Source: Blastocatellia bacterium | Lineage (GTDB): Bacteria > Acidobacteriota > Blastocatellia > UBA7656 | Length of the DNA stretch: 64,000 nucleotides | Reading direction: 5' to 3' | NCBI GenBank assembly: GCA_036277095.1 | Contig: DASUNP010000110.1 | Location: 5,444 to 69,443 of the forward strand | Part shown: positions 27,649-39,115 of the stretch, in pieces | Numbering within the stretch: position 1 is the first letter of the stretch | Layout of the letters: each line of letters begins with the position of its first letter | Notes under the pieces: model-generated | What the model was told of the DNA's origin: nothing | Databases searched by the model: none | Seen by the model: the letters and a program-made list of their open reading frames with translations, nothing else | Translations under genes and position numbers: made by a program

Positions 27649-30075
27649 ATGGACACGCTCTTACAGGATGTTAGATACGCGTTTCGCATGCTTGCGAAAA
27701 AGCCGGGGTTCACCATCGCAGCCGTGCTGGCCGTAGCCCTCGGCATAGGCGCGAACACCGCGATCTTTAGCGTGGTGAACACCGTGCTGCTGCGGTCGCT
27801 CCCGTACAAAGACCCCGACAAGCTCACGATGGTTCTGTCTCATAAACGCGATTCGCTCAGGGGCAGCGGCTCGGCGGCCTTTCTCGACGTTGTCGATTGG
27901 GAGAAACAGAGCCAGACGTTTGAAGATATGGCGGTCTTTCGTCAGATGGGCTACACGCTGACGGGCGTCGGAGAGCCCGAGCGAATAACTGGCGCGCGCG
28001 TGTCGGCAGACTTCTTCCCCTTGCTCGGAGTCGAGGCGATCGAAGGGCGCACCTTCCGCCCCGAAGAAGACCAACGGGGCTCGGAGCGCGTCGTCGTCCT
28101 CGGCCACGGGCTGTGGCAGCGGCGGTTCGGCGGCGACCCGTCCATAATCGGGCAAAGCCTCTCGCTCAACGCCGAAGGCCACACTGTCATAGGTGTATTG
28201 CCTCCCGACTTCAAGTTCCCACTTGATGTCTCGGACGCAGAGATGTGGACGGCCGTCGCTCATGACGGCGACCTGCTTGAAGAGCGCGGGGCCCATTATT
28301 TGAAAGTCGTGGGGCGACTCAAACCGGGCGTGTCGATCAATGAAGCACAGTTAGAGATGAACGAGATAGCCTCGCGACTCGAACAGCAATACCCGGCTGA
28401 GAACACCGGCCGCATAGTCAATCTCAATCCTATGTTCGAGCATTTAGTCAGCGGCATACGCCGCACCCTGGTAATTCTGCTCGGCATTGTGGGCCTCGTG
28501 CTGTTGATCGCCTGCGCGAACGTGGCGAACCTTATGCTTGCGCGCGCCGCCGCGCGCACGAAAGAGATAGCAATACGGACGGCGCTCGGCGCGAGCCGCC
28601 GCCGGGTCGTGCGCCAGTTGCTGACCGAGAGCTTGATACTCGCGCTGCTGGGCGGGGGCGCGGGGCTCCTGCTCGCGCTCTGGGGCATTGAGCTGCTCAT
28701 CAAGCTCGGGCCGAGAGATATTCCTCGCCTCGACGATATTTCTATAGACGGAACCGTGCTCTGGTTCACGGCTGCGGCTTCGATACTAACGGGAATCATC
28801 TTCGGGCTTGTGCCTGCGCTTAAAGCTTCAAAACCCGACTTGAACGAATCGCTCAAAGAAGGGAGCCGGGGGACGAGCGAAGGCTTTAATCGTTACAGCC
28901 TGCGCAATCTGCTGGTCGTCGTTCAGATGGCGCTTACGCTTATACCGCTGGTAAGCGCGGGGCTGCTGGTTAAGAGCTTTCTCCGGCTCCAGCAAGTCAA
29001 CCCGGGGTTCGCGCCCGAGAACGTCCTGACGATGCGAGTATCTTTGCCCGCCCTGTTCGATGAGGGCGATAAGGCGGTATTGTTCTTCAAACAGGCTACC
29101 GAGCGGATCGAGAGCATTCCAGGCGTGGAGTCGGTCGGCGCAGTTACTCTGCTCCCGCTGGTCGGCTCGAACAACCGCGCGTCTTTCAACATCAAAAGCC
29201 GCCCGTACCCCGAAAACGAGGAGCCGGTCGCAGAGTTCCGCGCCGTCACGCCGAATTACTTCCGCGCCATGGGAATCCCTGTCATAAGAGGTCGCACCTT
29301 CACCGAGCATGACGTTAAAGGCAAGACCGGAGCCATCATCATCAACGAGACGATGGCGCGGCGCTACTGGCCGGGCGAAGACCCGCTGGGCCAGGTTATG
29401 AGCTTCGGCGTCTCTGTCAGCGATAACGAGCCTGACGAGTGGGAGATCGTTGCCATAGTGGGCGACCTGAAGCACTTCTCATTGGACAGCGAAGCCGTGC
29501 CTGAAATGTATATTCCACACGCGCAGCAGCCCTGGACCGGCATGACGATGGTGGCGCGCTCTTCGATGGACCCGACTCAACTTGCGACATTGATGCGCGG
29601 CCAGGTCCTGTCGCTCGACCGCAACCAGCCGGTTTCGGACGTGCGAACAATGAGCGAAGTCGTCGGGAGATCGATCGCGCAGCAGAGATTCTACCTGCTG
29701 CTGTTCGCGTTGTTTGCCGTAATGGCCCTGGTGCTTGCGGCGGTAGGCATATTCGGCGTGATGAGCTATTCAGTAACGGAGCGCACGCGCGAGATAGGCA
29801 TTCGCATGGCGCTGGGCGCGCAGACGCGCGACGTGTTGAGGCACGTCGTGGGCCAGGGAATGTTGCTCACGCTTGCGGGAGTGGTGATAGGGCTGGTGGG
29901 GTCGTTTTTGCTGACCCGGTTTATGGCGAACATGCTTTATGAAGTAGACGCCTTCGACCCCGTGACGTTCGCGGCGATCTCGCTGCTGCTTGCGCTCGTG
30001 GCATTGATCGCGTGCTACATCCCTGCGCGTCGCGCTACGAGAGTAGATCCGATGGTCGCGCTCAGATATGAATGA
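27649..30075 (+). CDS. ADOP-type duplicated permease
   Basis: 808 aa. MDTLLQDVRYAFRMLAKKPGFT ... [31 protein letters not shown] ... [16 protein letters not shown] ... [20 protein letters not shown] upstream. Confidence 0.9.
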   Translation: MDTLLQDVRYAFRMLAKKPGFTIAAVLAVALGIGANTAIFSVVNTVLLRSLPYKDPDKLTMVLSHKRDSLRGSGSAAFLDVVDWEKQSQTFEDMAVFRQMGYTLTGVGEPERITGARVSADFFPLLGVEAIEGRTFRPEEDQRGSERVVVLGHGLWQRRFGGDPSIIGQSLSLNAEGHTVIGVLPPDFKFPLDVSDAEMWTAVAHDGDLLEERGAHYLKVVGRLKPGVSINEAQLEMNEIASRLEQQYPAENTGRIVNLNPMFEHLVSGIRRTLVILLGIVGLVLLIACANVANLMLARAAARTKEIAIRTALGASRRRVVRQLLTESLILALLGGGAGLLLALWGIELLIKLGPRDIPRLDDISIDGTVLWFTAAASILTGIIFGLVPALKASKPDLNESLKEGSRGTSEGFNRYSLRNLLVVVQMALTLIPLVSAGLLVKSFLRLQQVNPGFAPENVLTMRVSLPALFDEGDKAVLFFKQATERIESIPGVESVGAVTLLPLVGSNNRASFNIKSRPYPENEEPVAEFRAVTPNYFRAMGIPVIRGRTFTEHDVKGKTGAIIINETMARRYWPGEDPLGQVMSFGVSVSDNEPDEWEIVAIVGDLKHFSLDSEAVPEMYIPHAQQPWTGMTMVARSSMDPTQLATLMRGQVLSLDRNQPVSDVRTMSEVVGRSIAQQRFYLLLFALFAVMALVLAAVGIFGVMSYSVTERTREIGIRMALGAQTRDVLRHVVGQGMLLTLAGVVIGLVGSFLLTRFMANMLYEVDAFDPVTFAAISLLLALVALIACYIPARRATRVDPMVALRYE

Positions 30076-30116
30076 CTCAAATCTCAAATTTGAAATTTCA
30101 AATTGAGGAGAAAGCG
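30076..30116 (+). repeat. AT-rich heptamer junction
   Basis: ctcaaa|tctcaaa|tttgaaa|tttcaaa|ttgagga|gaaagcgATG. Confidence 0.7.
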
Positions 30117-32540
30117 ATGAATACATTCTGGCAAGACCTGCGCTACGGGTTTCAAGTATTGCGCAAGACCCCAGGCTTTACGGCGGTGGCTGTAATAACT
30201 ATAGCCCTCGGCATAGGGGCCAACACGACTATCTTCAGCTCTATGAACACGCTCGTCTTCGAGCCTTTCTCTTTTCGGGACCAGGAGCGTTTGGTGGGCG
30301 TGATGGAGCGCAACCTTGAAGTCGGCATCCAGCGCGAGTCTATTGCGCCAGGTAACTTCATCGATTGGTACGAGCAGAATCAAACTTTCGACCAACTGGT
30401 TGCGATAAACCAGATCTATTTCGACCTTACCGATGCGGACCAGCCGGAGCGCTTTGCCGGTTACAGAGTCTCTCAAGGCTTTTTCGAGACGCTCGGCGTG
30501 AGCGCCGCTCTCGGTCGCACATTCTTGCCGGAAGAACAGCAGACCGGAAACCACCGCGTCGTTGTTCTAAAGCACAGCCTGTGGCAGAGCCGCTTCGGCG
30601 CTGACCCGGGGATCATAAACCAGACGATCACGCTCAACCGCGAGCCGCACACGGTCGTCGGCGTCATGCCCGAAGAGTTCAATTACCCTTTCAATGGCGG
30701 AGAGATGTGGACGCCGCACGTCTTCTTTCCTACAGATCGGACTGAACGGGCCGCCCACTACTTGCAGGCGATTGGCCGTCTCAAACCGGGCGTCACGATT
30801 GAACAGGCTCGCCAGGACCTCAACCGAATAGCCGAGCGCGCAGCCCAACAGTTCCCCGAAACAAACGCGGGCCGGAGCGTCCGCGTGATGTCGCTTACCG
30901 AGGACGCGGCAAGAGGGGCGCGGCCGTATGCGCCCATTGTGCTCGCGGCAGTCGGCTTTGTCCTGTTGATAGCCTGCACAAACGTGGCGAATCTTTTGCT
31001 CGTCCGCTCGTCGGCCCGGCAAAAGGAGATAGCCATTCGACTGGCTATGGGCGCGAGCCGCTTCCGGTTGATCCGCCAGTTGATGACGGAGAGCTTGCTG
31101 CTTGCGCTCGCGGGCGGCGCGCTTGGGCTTTTGATGGCCGTGTGGGGAGTCGAAGGGCTTTCGACCGGCATACCGGAGAGTTTTTCGAAATTCATCCCCG
31201 GATGGCACAAGCTTGAGATAGATAAAACGGCGCTGGTCTTTACGCTGATAATATCGATCTTCACCGCGCTACTGTTCGGGCTCCTCCCCGCTTTGCAAGC
31301 TACGAAGGTGAACCTGAACGAAGCCCTGAAAGAAGGCGGCAAGGGCTATTCCGGCAAGAGCGCGCGCAACCGCACGCGCAGTGTCCTGGTCGTGTCGGAA
31401 GTCGCGTTGTCTATGATCCTTTTGATAAGCGCGGGGCTGATGATCAGAAGCTTCATTGAGGTGCTGAGGTCAGACCTCGGAATCGACCCGAACGGCGTGC
31501 TCACGATGCAGGTCGCACTCCCGTTCGACAAATACTCTCAGCCCGAGCAGCGAACCAATTTTATTCAACACCTGCTCTCTCGCGTGGAGACGCTTTCGGG
31601 CGTTACCGAAGCGGGCGCGATCAACCACCTGCCGATGGGGGGGAGCAGCCAGTCAGGTAATCTTTTGAGCGCGGGCCGGACTGAGTTCGTTAAAGGCAAA
31701 CAACCTCCGATAGATTACCGCGTCGTGACGCCGGGCTACTTCGACGCCGTAGGCACGCAGATTCTAAAGGGGCGCAACTTCACCGGCAAAGAGAGCGCCG
31801 ACGGCCCGCGCGTCGTCTTGATTGACGAAGCGTTGGCGAAGCGTTTCTTCGCGGGCGAGGAAGCGATCGGCCAACAACTCAAGTTCGGAATTGACGGCAA
31901 GACGCTTGAGATCATCGGCATCACCAAGAACGTGATGAACGACGACTTCGACAATCTGGCCGAGCCGACCATTTATGCCGCTTACACTCAAGAGACGTTC
32001 AGAGGGATGTTCCTGGTCATTCACGCGGGCTCTGACCCGGGGCCGCTCACCTCTGCGGTGCGGAGCGAAGTAAGCAATATCGATAAGACGCTGCCGGTCT
32101 TTAACGTCAAGCCGATGCGACAAGTGATGAACGAAAGGCTGTCGCCGAAACGGCTGTCGGCTTTTATCTTTGGCATCCTGGCCGTGATTGCGCTCTTGCT
32201 TGCCGCCGTGGGGATTTATGCGGTGATGTCGTACGCCGTCTCTCAGCGCACGCACGAGATTGGCATTCGCATGGCTTTAGGAGCCCGCCCGCGAAACATC
32301 TTGCAATTAGTCTTCAAGTACGGATTGACGCTGACATTGATCGGATTGGCGATCGGGCTGGCGGGAGCGTTCGCCGTGACGCGAGCGATGGCGCAAGTGC
32401 TTTATGGCGTCACGTCGACGGACGCGCTGACGTTCGGGGGAATCACTCTGCTGCTCGCGCTCATAGCCCTGCTCGCGTGCTACATCCCTGCGCGTCGCGC
32501 GATGCGCGTAGACCCGATGGTCGCGCTCAGATATGAATAA
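30117..32540 (+). CDS. ADOP-type duplicated permease
   Basis: MNTFWQDLRYGFQVLRKTPGFT ... [31 protein letters not shown] ... [16 protein letters not shown] ... [13 protein letters not shown] 30117 preceded by GAGGAGAAAG. Confidence 0.9.
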   Translation: MNTFWQDLRYGFQVLRKTPGFTAVAVITIALGIGANTTIFSSMNTLVFEPFSFRDQERLVGVMERNLEVGIQRESIAPGNFIDWYEQNQTFDQLVAINQIYFDLTDADQPERFAGYRVSQGFFETLGVSAALGRTFLPEEQQTGNHRVVVLKHSLWQSRFGADPGIINQTITLNREPHTVVGVMPEEFNYPFNGGEMWTPHVFFPTDRTERAAHYLQAIGRLKPGVTIEQARQDLNRIAERAAQQFPETNAGRSVRVMSLTEDAARGARPYAPIVLAAVGFVLLIACTNVANLLLVRSSARQKEIAIRLAMGASRFRLIRQLMTESLLLALAGGALGLLMAVWGVEGLSTGIPESFSKFIPGWHKLEIDKTALVFTLIISIFTALLFGLLPALQATKVNLNEALKEGGKGYSGKSARNRTRSVLVVSEVALSMILLISAGLMIRSFIEVLRSDLGIDPNGVLTMQVALPFDKYSQPEQRTNFIQHLLSRVETLSGVTEAGAINHLPMGGSSQSGNLLSAGRTEFVKGKQPPIDYRVVTPGYFDAVGTQILKGRNFTGKESADGPRVVLIDEALAKRFFAGEEAIGQQLKFGIDGKTLEIIGITKNVMNDDFDNLAEPTIYAAYTQETFRGMFLVIHAGSDPGPLTSAVRSEVSNIDKTLPVFNVKPMRQVMNERLSPKRLSAFIFGILAVIALLLAAVGIYAVMSYAVSQRTHEIGIRMALGARPRNILQLVFKYGLTLTLIGLAIGLAGAFAVTRAMAQVLYGVTSTDALTFGGITLLLALIALLACYIPARRAMRVDPMVALRYE

Positions 32541-32562
32541 ATGAAAGTGAGGGACAGCAATT

Positions 32563-33699
32563 ATGAATAGATGGATCAGATCTACATTTTTCGCATCGAT
32601 AGCGGTTTTAATCTGCTCGTCTTTTTTCGCCATCGCGGCGCAAACCGAGAAGAGGGTTTCGGAAAGGGACGAACAATGGAACTGGCAGTGGCGCGAAAAC
32701 AATGTGAGCCTCGAACTGAAGTTGCGTGGCAGGGTCGAATTCAACGACGACTACACGGACGTTGTCAGCATCTCGCCCGGCGGCTCTCTGCGCATCAAGG
32801 ACGAGCGCGGGGGCAAGACCCGCCGCGTCGAGATAACGCCCTCCGGCGACGGCAGCTTGAACCGGTCTTATTCGGTCAACGGCGAAGCGCGCCCTTTTGA
32901 CAGAGAGGCGCAGGAATATCTAGCTCGCTTTTTGAACGAAGCGACGCAACAGGCCGGCCTCGACGCCGCTCCGAGGGCGAGAAAAATCCTGAGCAGCCGT
33001 GGCTCGTCAGGTCTGCTCGACGAGACTTCAAAGCTCCACAGCGATTACGTGAAGCGGATCTACTTTCAAGAGCTGATCAAAAGCGGGAGCCTCGATGCTC
33101 AGTCCGCGCGCCGCCTGATCGATCAAGTGGCTCGCCAAGTCACTTCCGATTACGAGAAAGCTCAGACGCTCATCAGGCTGGCCGAAGCCCCGCTCGATAG
33201 AGCCAACTGGAGCGCCGCTTACATCGAAGCAACGCGCAGCATCACTTCAGATTACGAGCGCAAGCGCACGCTTTCGGCTTTGCTCAGCAAAGGCAATCTG
33301 TCCAGAGACGAGTTGCTTCTTGCGATCAAGGCCGCTTCCGAAATCTCTTCCGATTACGAGAAGGCCGAGACGCTTATAAAAGTCTCGCAAGGCCCGAATA
33401 ATAAGAACGACTGGAGCGCCGCTTACATCGAAGCGACGCTCGGCATCAGTTCCGATTACGAAAAAGCGCGCGTGCTTATGACACTGCTCAGCAAAGGTAA
33501 TCTGTCCAGGGAAGAACTACTGCTTGCGGTCAAGTCGGCTGCCGGCATGTCTTCGGATTACGAAAGGGCGCGCGTGCTTATCAAAGTAACCAACGCGGCA
33601 AACGGCGACGAGGCAGTTCGCAACGCGGTGATCGATGCGGCAAGGGCGATGAGTTCAGATTCCGAACGCGAGCGCGTGATGAAAGCCGCTTCAAGATAA
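32563..33699 (+). CDS. Secreted protein with ~7 tandem ~34-aa helical repeats (core S-[ST]-D-Y-E-[KR]-A-x-x-L), function unknown
   Basis: Signal-peptide-like N-terminus MNRWIRSTFFASIAVLICSSFFAIAAQ. Repeats VTSDYEKAQTLIRL..., ITSDYERKRTLSALLSKGNLSRDELLLAIKAASE, ISSDYEKAETLIKV..., ISSDYEKARVLMTLLSKGNLSREELLLAVKSAAG, MSSDYERARVLIKV..., MSSDSERERV. SD GAGGGA upstream. Hairpin immediately downstream. Confidence 0.7.
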   Translation: MNRWIRSTFFASIAVLICSSFFAIAAQTEKRVSERDEQWNWQWRENNVSLELKLRGRVEFNDDYTDVVSISPGGSLRIKDERGGKTRRVEITPSGDGSLNRSYSVNGEARPFDREAQEYLARFLNEATQQAGLDAAPRARKILSSRGSSGLLDETSKLHSDYVKRIYFQELIKSGSLDAQSARRLIDQVARQVTSDYEKAQTLIRLAEAPLDRANWSAAYIEATRSITSDYERKRTLSALLSKGNLSRDELLLAIKAASEISSDYEKAETLIKVSQGPNNKNDWSAAYIEATLGISSDYEKARVLMTLLSKGNLSREELLLAVKSAAGMSSDYERARVLIKVTNAANGDEAVRNAVIDAARAMSSDSERERVMKAASR

Positions 33700-33760
33700 A
33701 AGTGCTGAGTCCTGAGTAATTGTTTTCCACTCAGCACTCAGCACTCAGGACTACAGAAAG
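33700..33760 (+). terminator. Hairpin after the repeat-protein gene (GTGCTGAGTCCTGAGT ... ACTCAGCACTCAGGAC)
   Basis: Inverted repeat read directly. No clear U-tract, so function as a terminator is uncertain. Confidence 0.4.
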
Positions 33761-33773
33761 GTTGAGCAACTTT

Positions 33774-36161
<2,388 letters not shown>

Positions 36162-36174
36162 GAAAGGAGACGAA

Positions 36175-36552
36175 ATGCGGAAACATCTCGGCAGACTATC
36201 ATCTCTCTTTGTATCGCTTGCACTCCTGGCCGTAGTCTTTCAAGCCCATGCGTCCGACGACTTGAAGCTCAACGGCAGCGCTTCAAGCGCGACCCAGACT
36301 AAAGAGCTAAAGCTCCCTGTTTCAGAATCGGCAAAAAAAGGTCGCCTGCAAGTAAGGGCTAACGTGAAATCGGGCACGATCAGGTGGACGTTGCGCGACC
36401 CGGAGGGCATCGAGCGATTGACCGTAAACGGGAGCGGCGGTCGCGTCTCGGGCGACACGGGCGAGATGACGACTACGCGAGGGACCTGGAAGCTTGTGAT
36501 GGAGCTTAAGGACGCGACTCTCGATTATGAGATCGATTGGGTAGCTCGTTAA
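36175..36552 (+). CDS. Small secreted protein (125 aa), hypothetical
   Basis: Strong SD GAAAGGAGACGAAATG. Signal peptide MRKHLGRLSSLFVSLALLAVVFQAHA. Starts 13 nt after the preceding permease stop. Confidence 0.6.
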   Translation: MRKHLGRLSSLFVSLALLAVVFQAHASDDLKLNGSASSATQTKELKLPVSESAKKGRLQVRANVKSGTIRWTLRDPEGIERLTVNGSGGRVSGDTGEMTTTRGTWKLVMELKDATLDYEIDWVAR

Positions 36553-36614
36553 GCCTGTAGGGGCGGGGACAGAGATACGCAATTGCAGGTTGCTATTGGG
36601 TGAAAGGTGAAGTG

Positions 36615-39044
36615 ATGGAGAGCTTGATTCAAGATGTTCGTTACAGCATCCGCGCTTTGATCGCAAAGCCCGGCTTTGCCGCAGTGGCTGTTATCACGCT
36701 CGCGCTGGGGATAGGGGCCAACACCGCGATCTTCAGCGTGGTCAACTCCGTTCTGATACGACAGATGCCTTACGACGAGGCGGACCGCATAATGTCTATA
36801 GGCCCGGTCTTCCAGGATAAGGGCCAGGGGCCGGGGTATAATTCGTATCCTAATTTTGCCGACTGGCGAGATCAGAATCGAACCTTTGAGCGGATGGCCG
36901 CTTACCGCTCCAGGGGTGTCGTGCTGACGGGCGGCGGTGAAGCCGAGCGAGTCGCCGGGGCGCGCGTCTCATCAGATTTCTTCCCTACGCTTCGCGTTCA
37001 ACCGTTGCTCGGCAGGACATTCACTGCCGATGAAGAGAAGCCCGCAAGCCCTAATACAGTCGTTTTAAGCTACGAGCTTTGGCAGCGGCGCATGGGCGGC
37101 GACCCTCGCATACTTGAGCAAGTGGTGACGCTCGATGGGCGAAGCTACGCGGTCATAGGCGTATTGCCCGAAGGCTTTGAGTTTCCTCTGCTGGGCAAGA
37201 CCGATGTCTGGGCGTCTGTATCGCTCGACGGCCAGTCGCTTCAAGAGAGAGGCGCGCAGATGTACGGCGTGATAGGGCGGCTTAAGCCGAATGTTGCCCG
37301 CGAGGAAGCCCAGACCGAGATATCGACTATCGTGGGGCGGCTCGCCGCCCAGTACCCCGAGCAGAACAAAGAGAATCCTGTGGCGGTCGTCGGTTTGCAG
37401 GAGCAACTGGTCGGGGCCGTACGGCCTGCGCTCCTGATCTTGCTCGGAGCGGTCGGGTTCGTGCTGCTCATAGCGTGCGCGAACGTCGCGAATCTGCTTC
37501 TCGTCCGCGCATCGCTCAGGGAAAAAGAGATGGCCATACGCGCGGCGCTGGGCGCGAGCCGCGCGCGGCTCATAAGACAGTTGCTTACCGAAAGCCTGCT
37601 TCTTGCAACCGCGAGCGCGGCGGTCGGGTTGTTGCTCGCGCTGTGGGGAATCGATCTGCTCGTCGCCGCAGGCCCCGACAATATCCCGCGCCTTGACGAA
37701 ATAAGAATTGATGGCAACGCGCTTCTCTTTACCATCTGTGTCACGATGCTGACGGGGTTGACGTTCGGACTTGCGCCGGCTCTCCAGGCATCAAAGCTCG
37801 ACTTGAACCAGTCGCTCAAAGAAGGCGCTCGAAGCTCGTCGGCGGCGTCGGCGCGGGGGCGTCTGCGAAAGGCGCTTGTCGTCTCGGAAGTGGCGCTGGC
37901 GCTCGTGCTGTTGGTTGGCGCGGGGCTGCTGATAAAGAGCTTTTACAGGCTGCAACAGGTCGACCCCGGTTTTAATCCCGAAGGCGTGCTCACGTTCAAA
38001 GTGTCGCTCCCCGCAGCCAGGTACTCGGGGGATGATCGGATCACGGCCTTTTATGATGAGGCACTCGACAGAATAAAAGAGTTACCCGGCGTCGAGTCAG
38101 CCGGGAGCATCAGCTTCTCTCCGCTGTCGAACACGACCTTTTATCTCGGCTTCACCGCCGAAGGCTGGCCGCCTCGAACCCCTTCGGAGTTGCCTCCCGC
38201 GCAATTCCGCCTGGCAAGCTCGGACTATTTTACCGTAATGCAGATTCCGATCAGCCGGGGCCGCGGATTCACCATAGAGGATAGAAAACAGTCCTCGCCC
38301 GTAGCGGTCATAAATGAGGAGATGGCGCGCCGCCACTTCGCAGGCGAAGACCCGGTGGGCAAACGTCTCTCGTTACAGGTGGCGCTAGGCGAAGGCGAGC
38401 CCGCGTGGCGCGAGATCGTCGGTGTCGTGGGCGACGTGAAGCACTTCGGGCTCGATGCCGAAGTGAAGCCGGAAATATACGTGCCTTATGCTCAACAGCC
38501 CACCGGCGCAATGACGATGGTCGTGCGCTCGGCAATCGATCCTGTGGGTCTTACCGGCGCGATCAGAGAAGAGATAAAGGCTATTGATAAGGATCTGCCC
38601 GTTTATAGCGTGGCGAATCTTGAGAGCTACGTAGATCGATCCGTTGCGAGGCGGCGATTTTCGACCGTGTTGCTTATGGCGTTCGGGGCAATCGCGCTCG
38701 CGCTCGCGGCGATAGGCGTCTACGGCGTGATGAGCTACACCGTGGCCGAGCGGACGCGCGAGATAGGCATTCGCGTGGCTCTGGGTGCGCAGAGGCGAGA
38801 CATCCTGAAGCTGGTCGTAGGCCAGGCATCTGTATTGCTTATCGCGGGGCTTGCCGCAGGGCTTGCGGGCGCGTTCGCGCTGACTCGCGTGATGGAAGAA
38901 CTATTATTCGGCGTGAGCGCGACGGACACTGTAATTTTCCTGACGGTGCCGGTAGTGCTTGCCGCGATAGCTCTTTTCGCGAGCTACATTCCCGCGCTGA
39001 GGGCGACGAAAGTCGACCCGATGATCGCGCTGCGCTACGAATAG
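36615..39044 (+). CDS. ADOP-type duplicated permease
   Basis: MESLIQDVRYSIRALIAKPGFA ... [31 protein letters not shown] ... [16 protein letters not shown] ... [13 protein letters not shown] 36615 with GGTGA upstream. Confidence 0.9.
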   Translation: MESLIQDVRYSIRALIAKPGFAAVAVITLALGIGANTAIFSVVNSVLIRQMPYDEADRIMSIGPVFQDKGQGPGYNSYPNFADWRDQNRTFERMAAYRSRGVVLTGGGEAERVAGARVSSDFFPTLRVQPLLGRTFTADEEKPASPNTVVLSYELWQRRMGGDPRILEQVVTLDGRSYAVIGVLPEGFEFPLLGKTDVWASVSLDGQSLQERGAQMYGVIGRLKPNVAREEAQTEISTIVGRLAAQYPEQNKENPVAVVGLQEQLVGAVRPALLILLGAVGFVLLIACANVANLLLVRASLREKEMAIRAALGASRARLIRQLLTESLLLATASAAVGLLLALWGIDLLVAAGPDNIPRLDEIRIDGNALLFTICVTMLTGLTFGLAPALQASKLDLNQSLKEGARSSSAASARGRLRKALVVSEVALALVLLVGAGLLIKSFYRLQQVDPGFNPEGVLTFKVSLPAARYSGDDRITAFYDEALDRIKELPGVESAGSISFSPLSNTTFYLGFTAEGWPPRTPSELPPAQFRLASSDYFTVMQIPISRGRGFTIEDRKQSSPVAVINEEMARRHFAGEDPVGKRLSLQVALGEGEPAWREIVGVVGDVKHFGLDAEVKPEIYVPYAQQPTGAMTMVVRSAIDPVGLTGAIREEIKAIDKDLPVYSVANLESYVDRSVARRRFSTVLLMAFGAIALALAAIGVYGVMSYTVAERTREIGIRVALGAQRRDILKLVVGQASVLLIAGLAAGLAGAFALTRVMEELLFGVSATDTVIFLTVPVVLAAIALFASYIPALRATKVDPMIALRYE

Positions 39045-39115
39045 TAGGCGCGGCAGTTTCTAGTTTGAAGAGGCCGAACTAGAACTCATAAAACTGAAAC
39101 TTGCTCATCGGAGGA

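Noticed and set aside
33720-33773. Upstream in-frame ATG (33720) for permease 33774..36161
   Set aside because: It lies within the stem of the hairpin following the preceding gene and would add residues not found at other paralog N-termini. This is kept only as an alternative.
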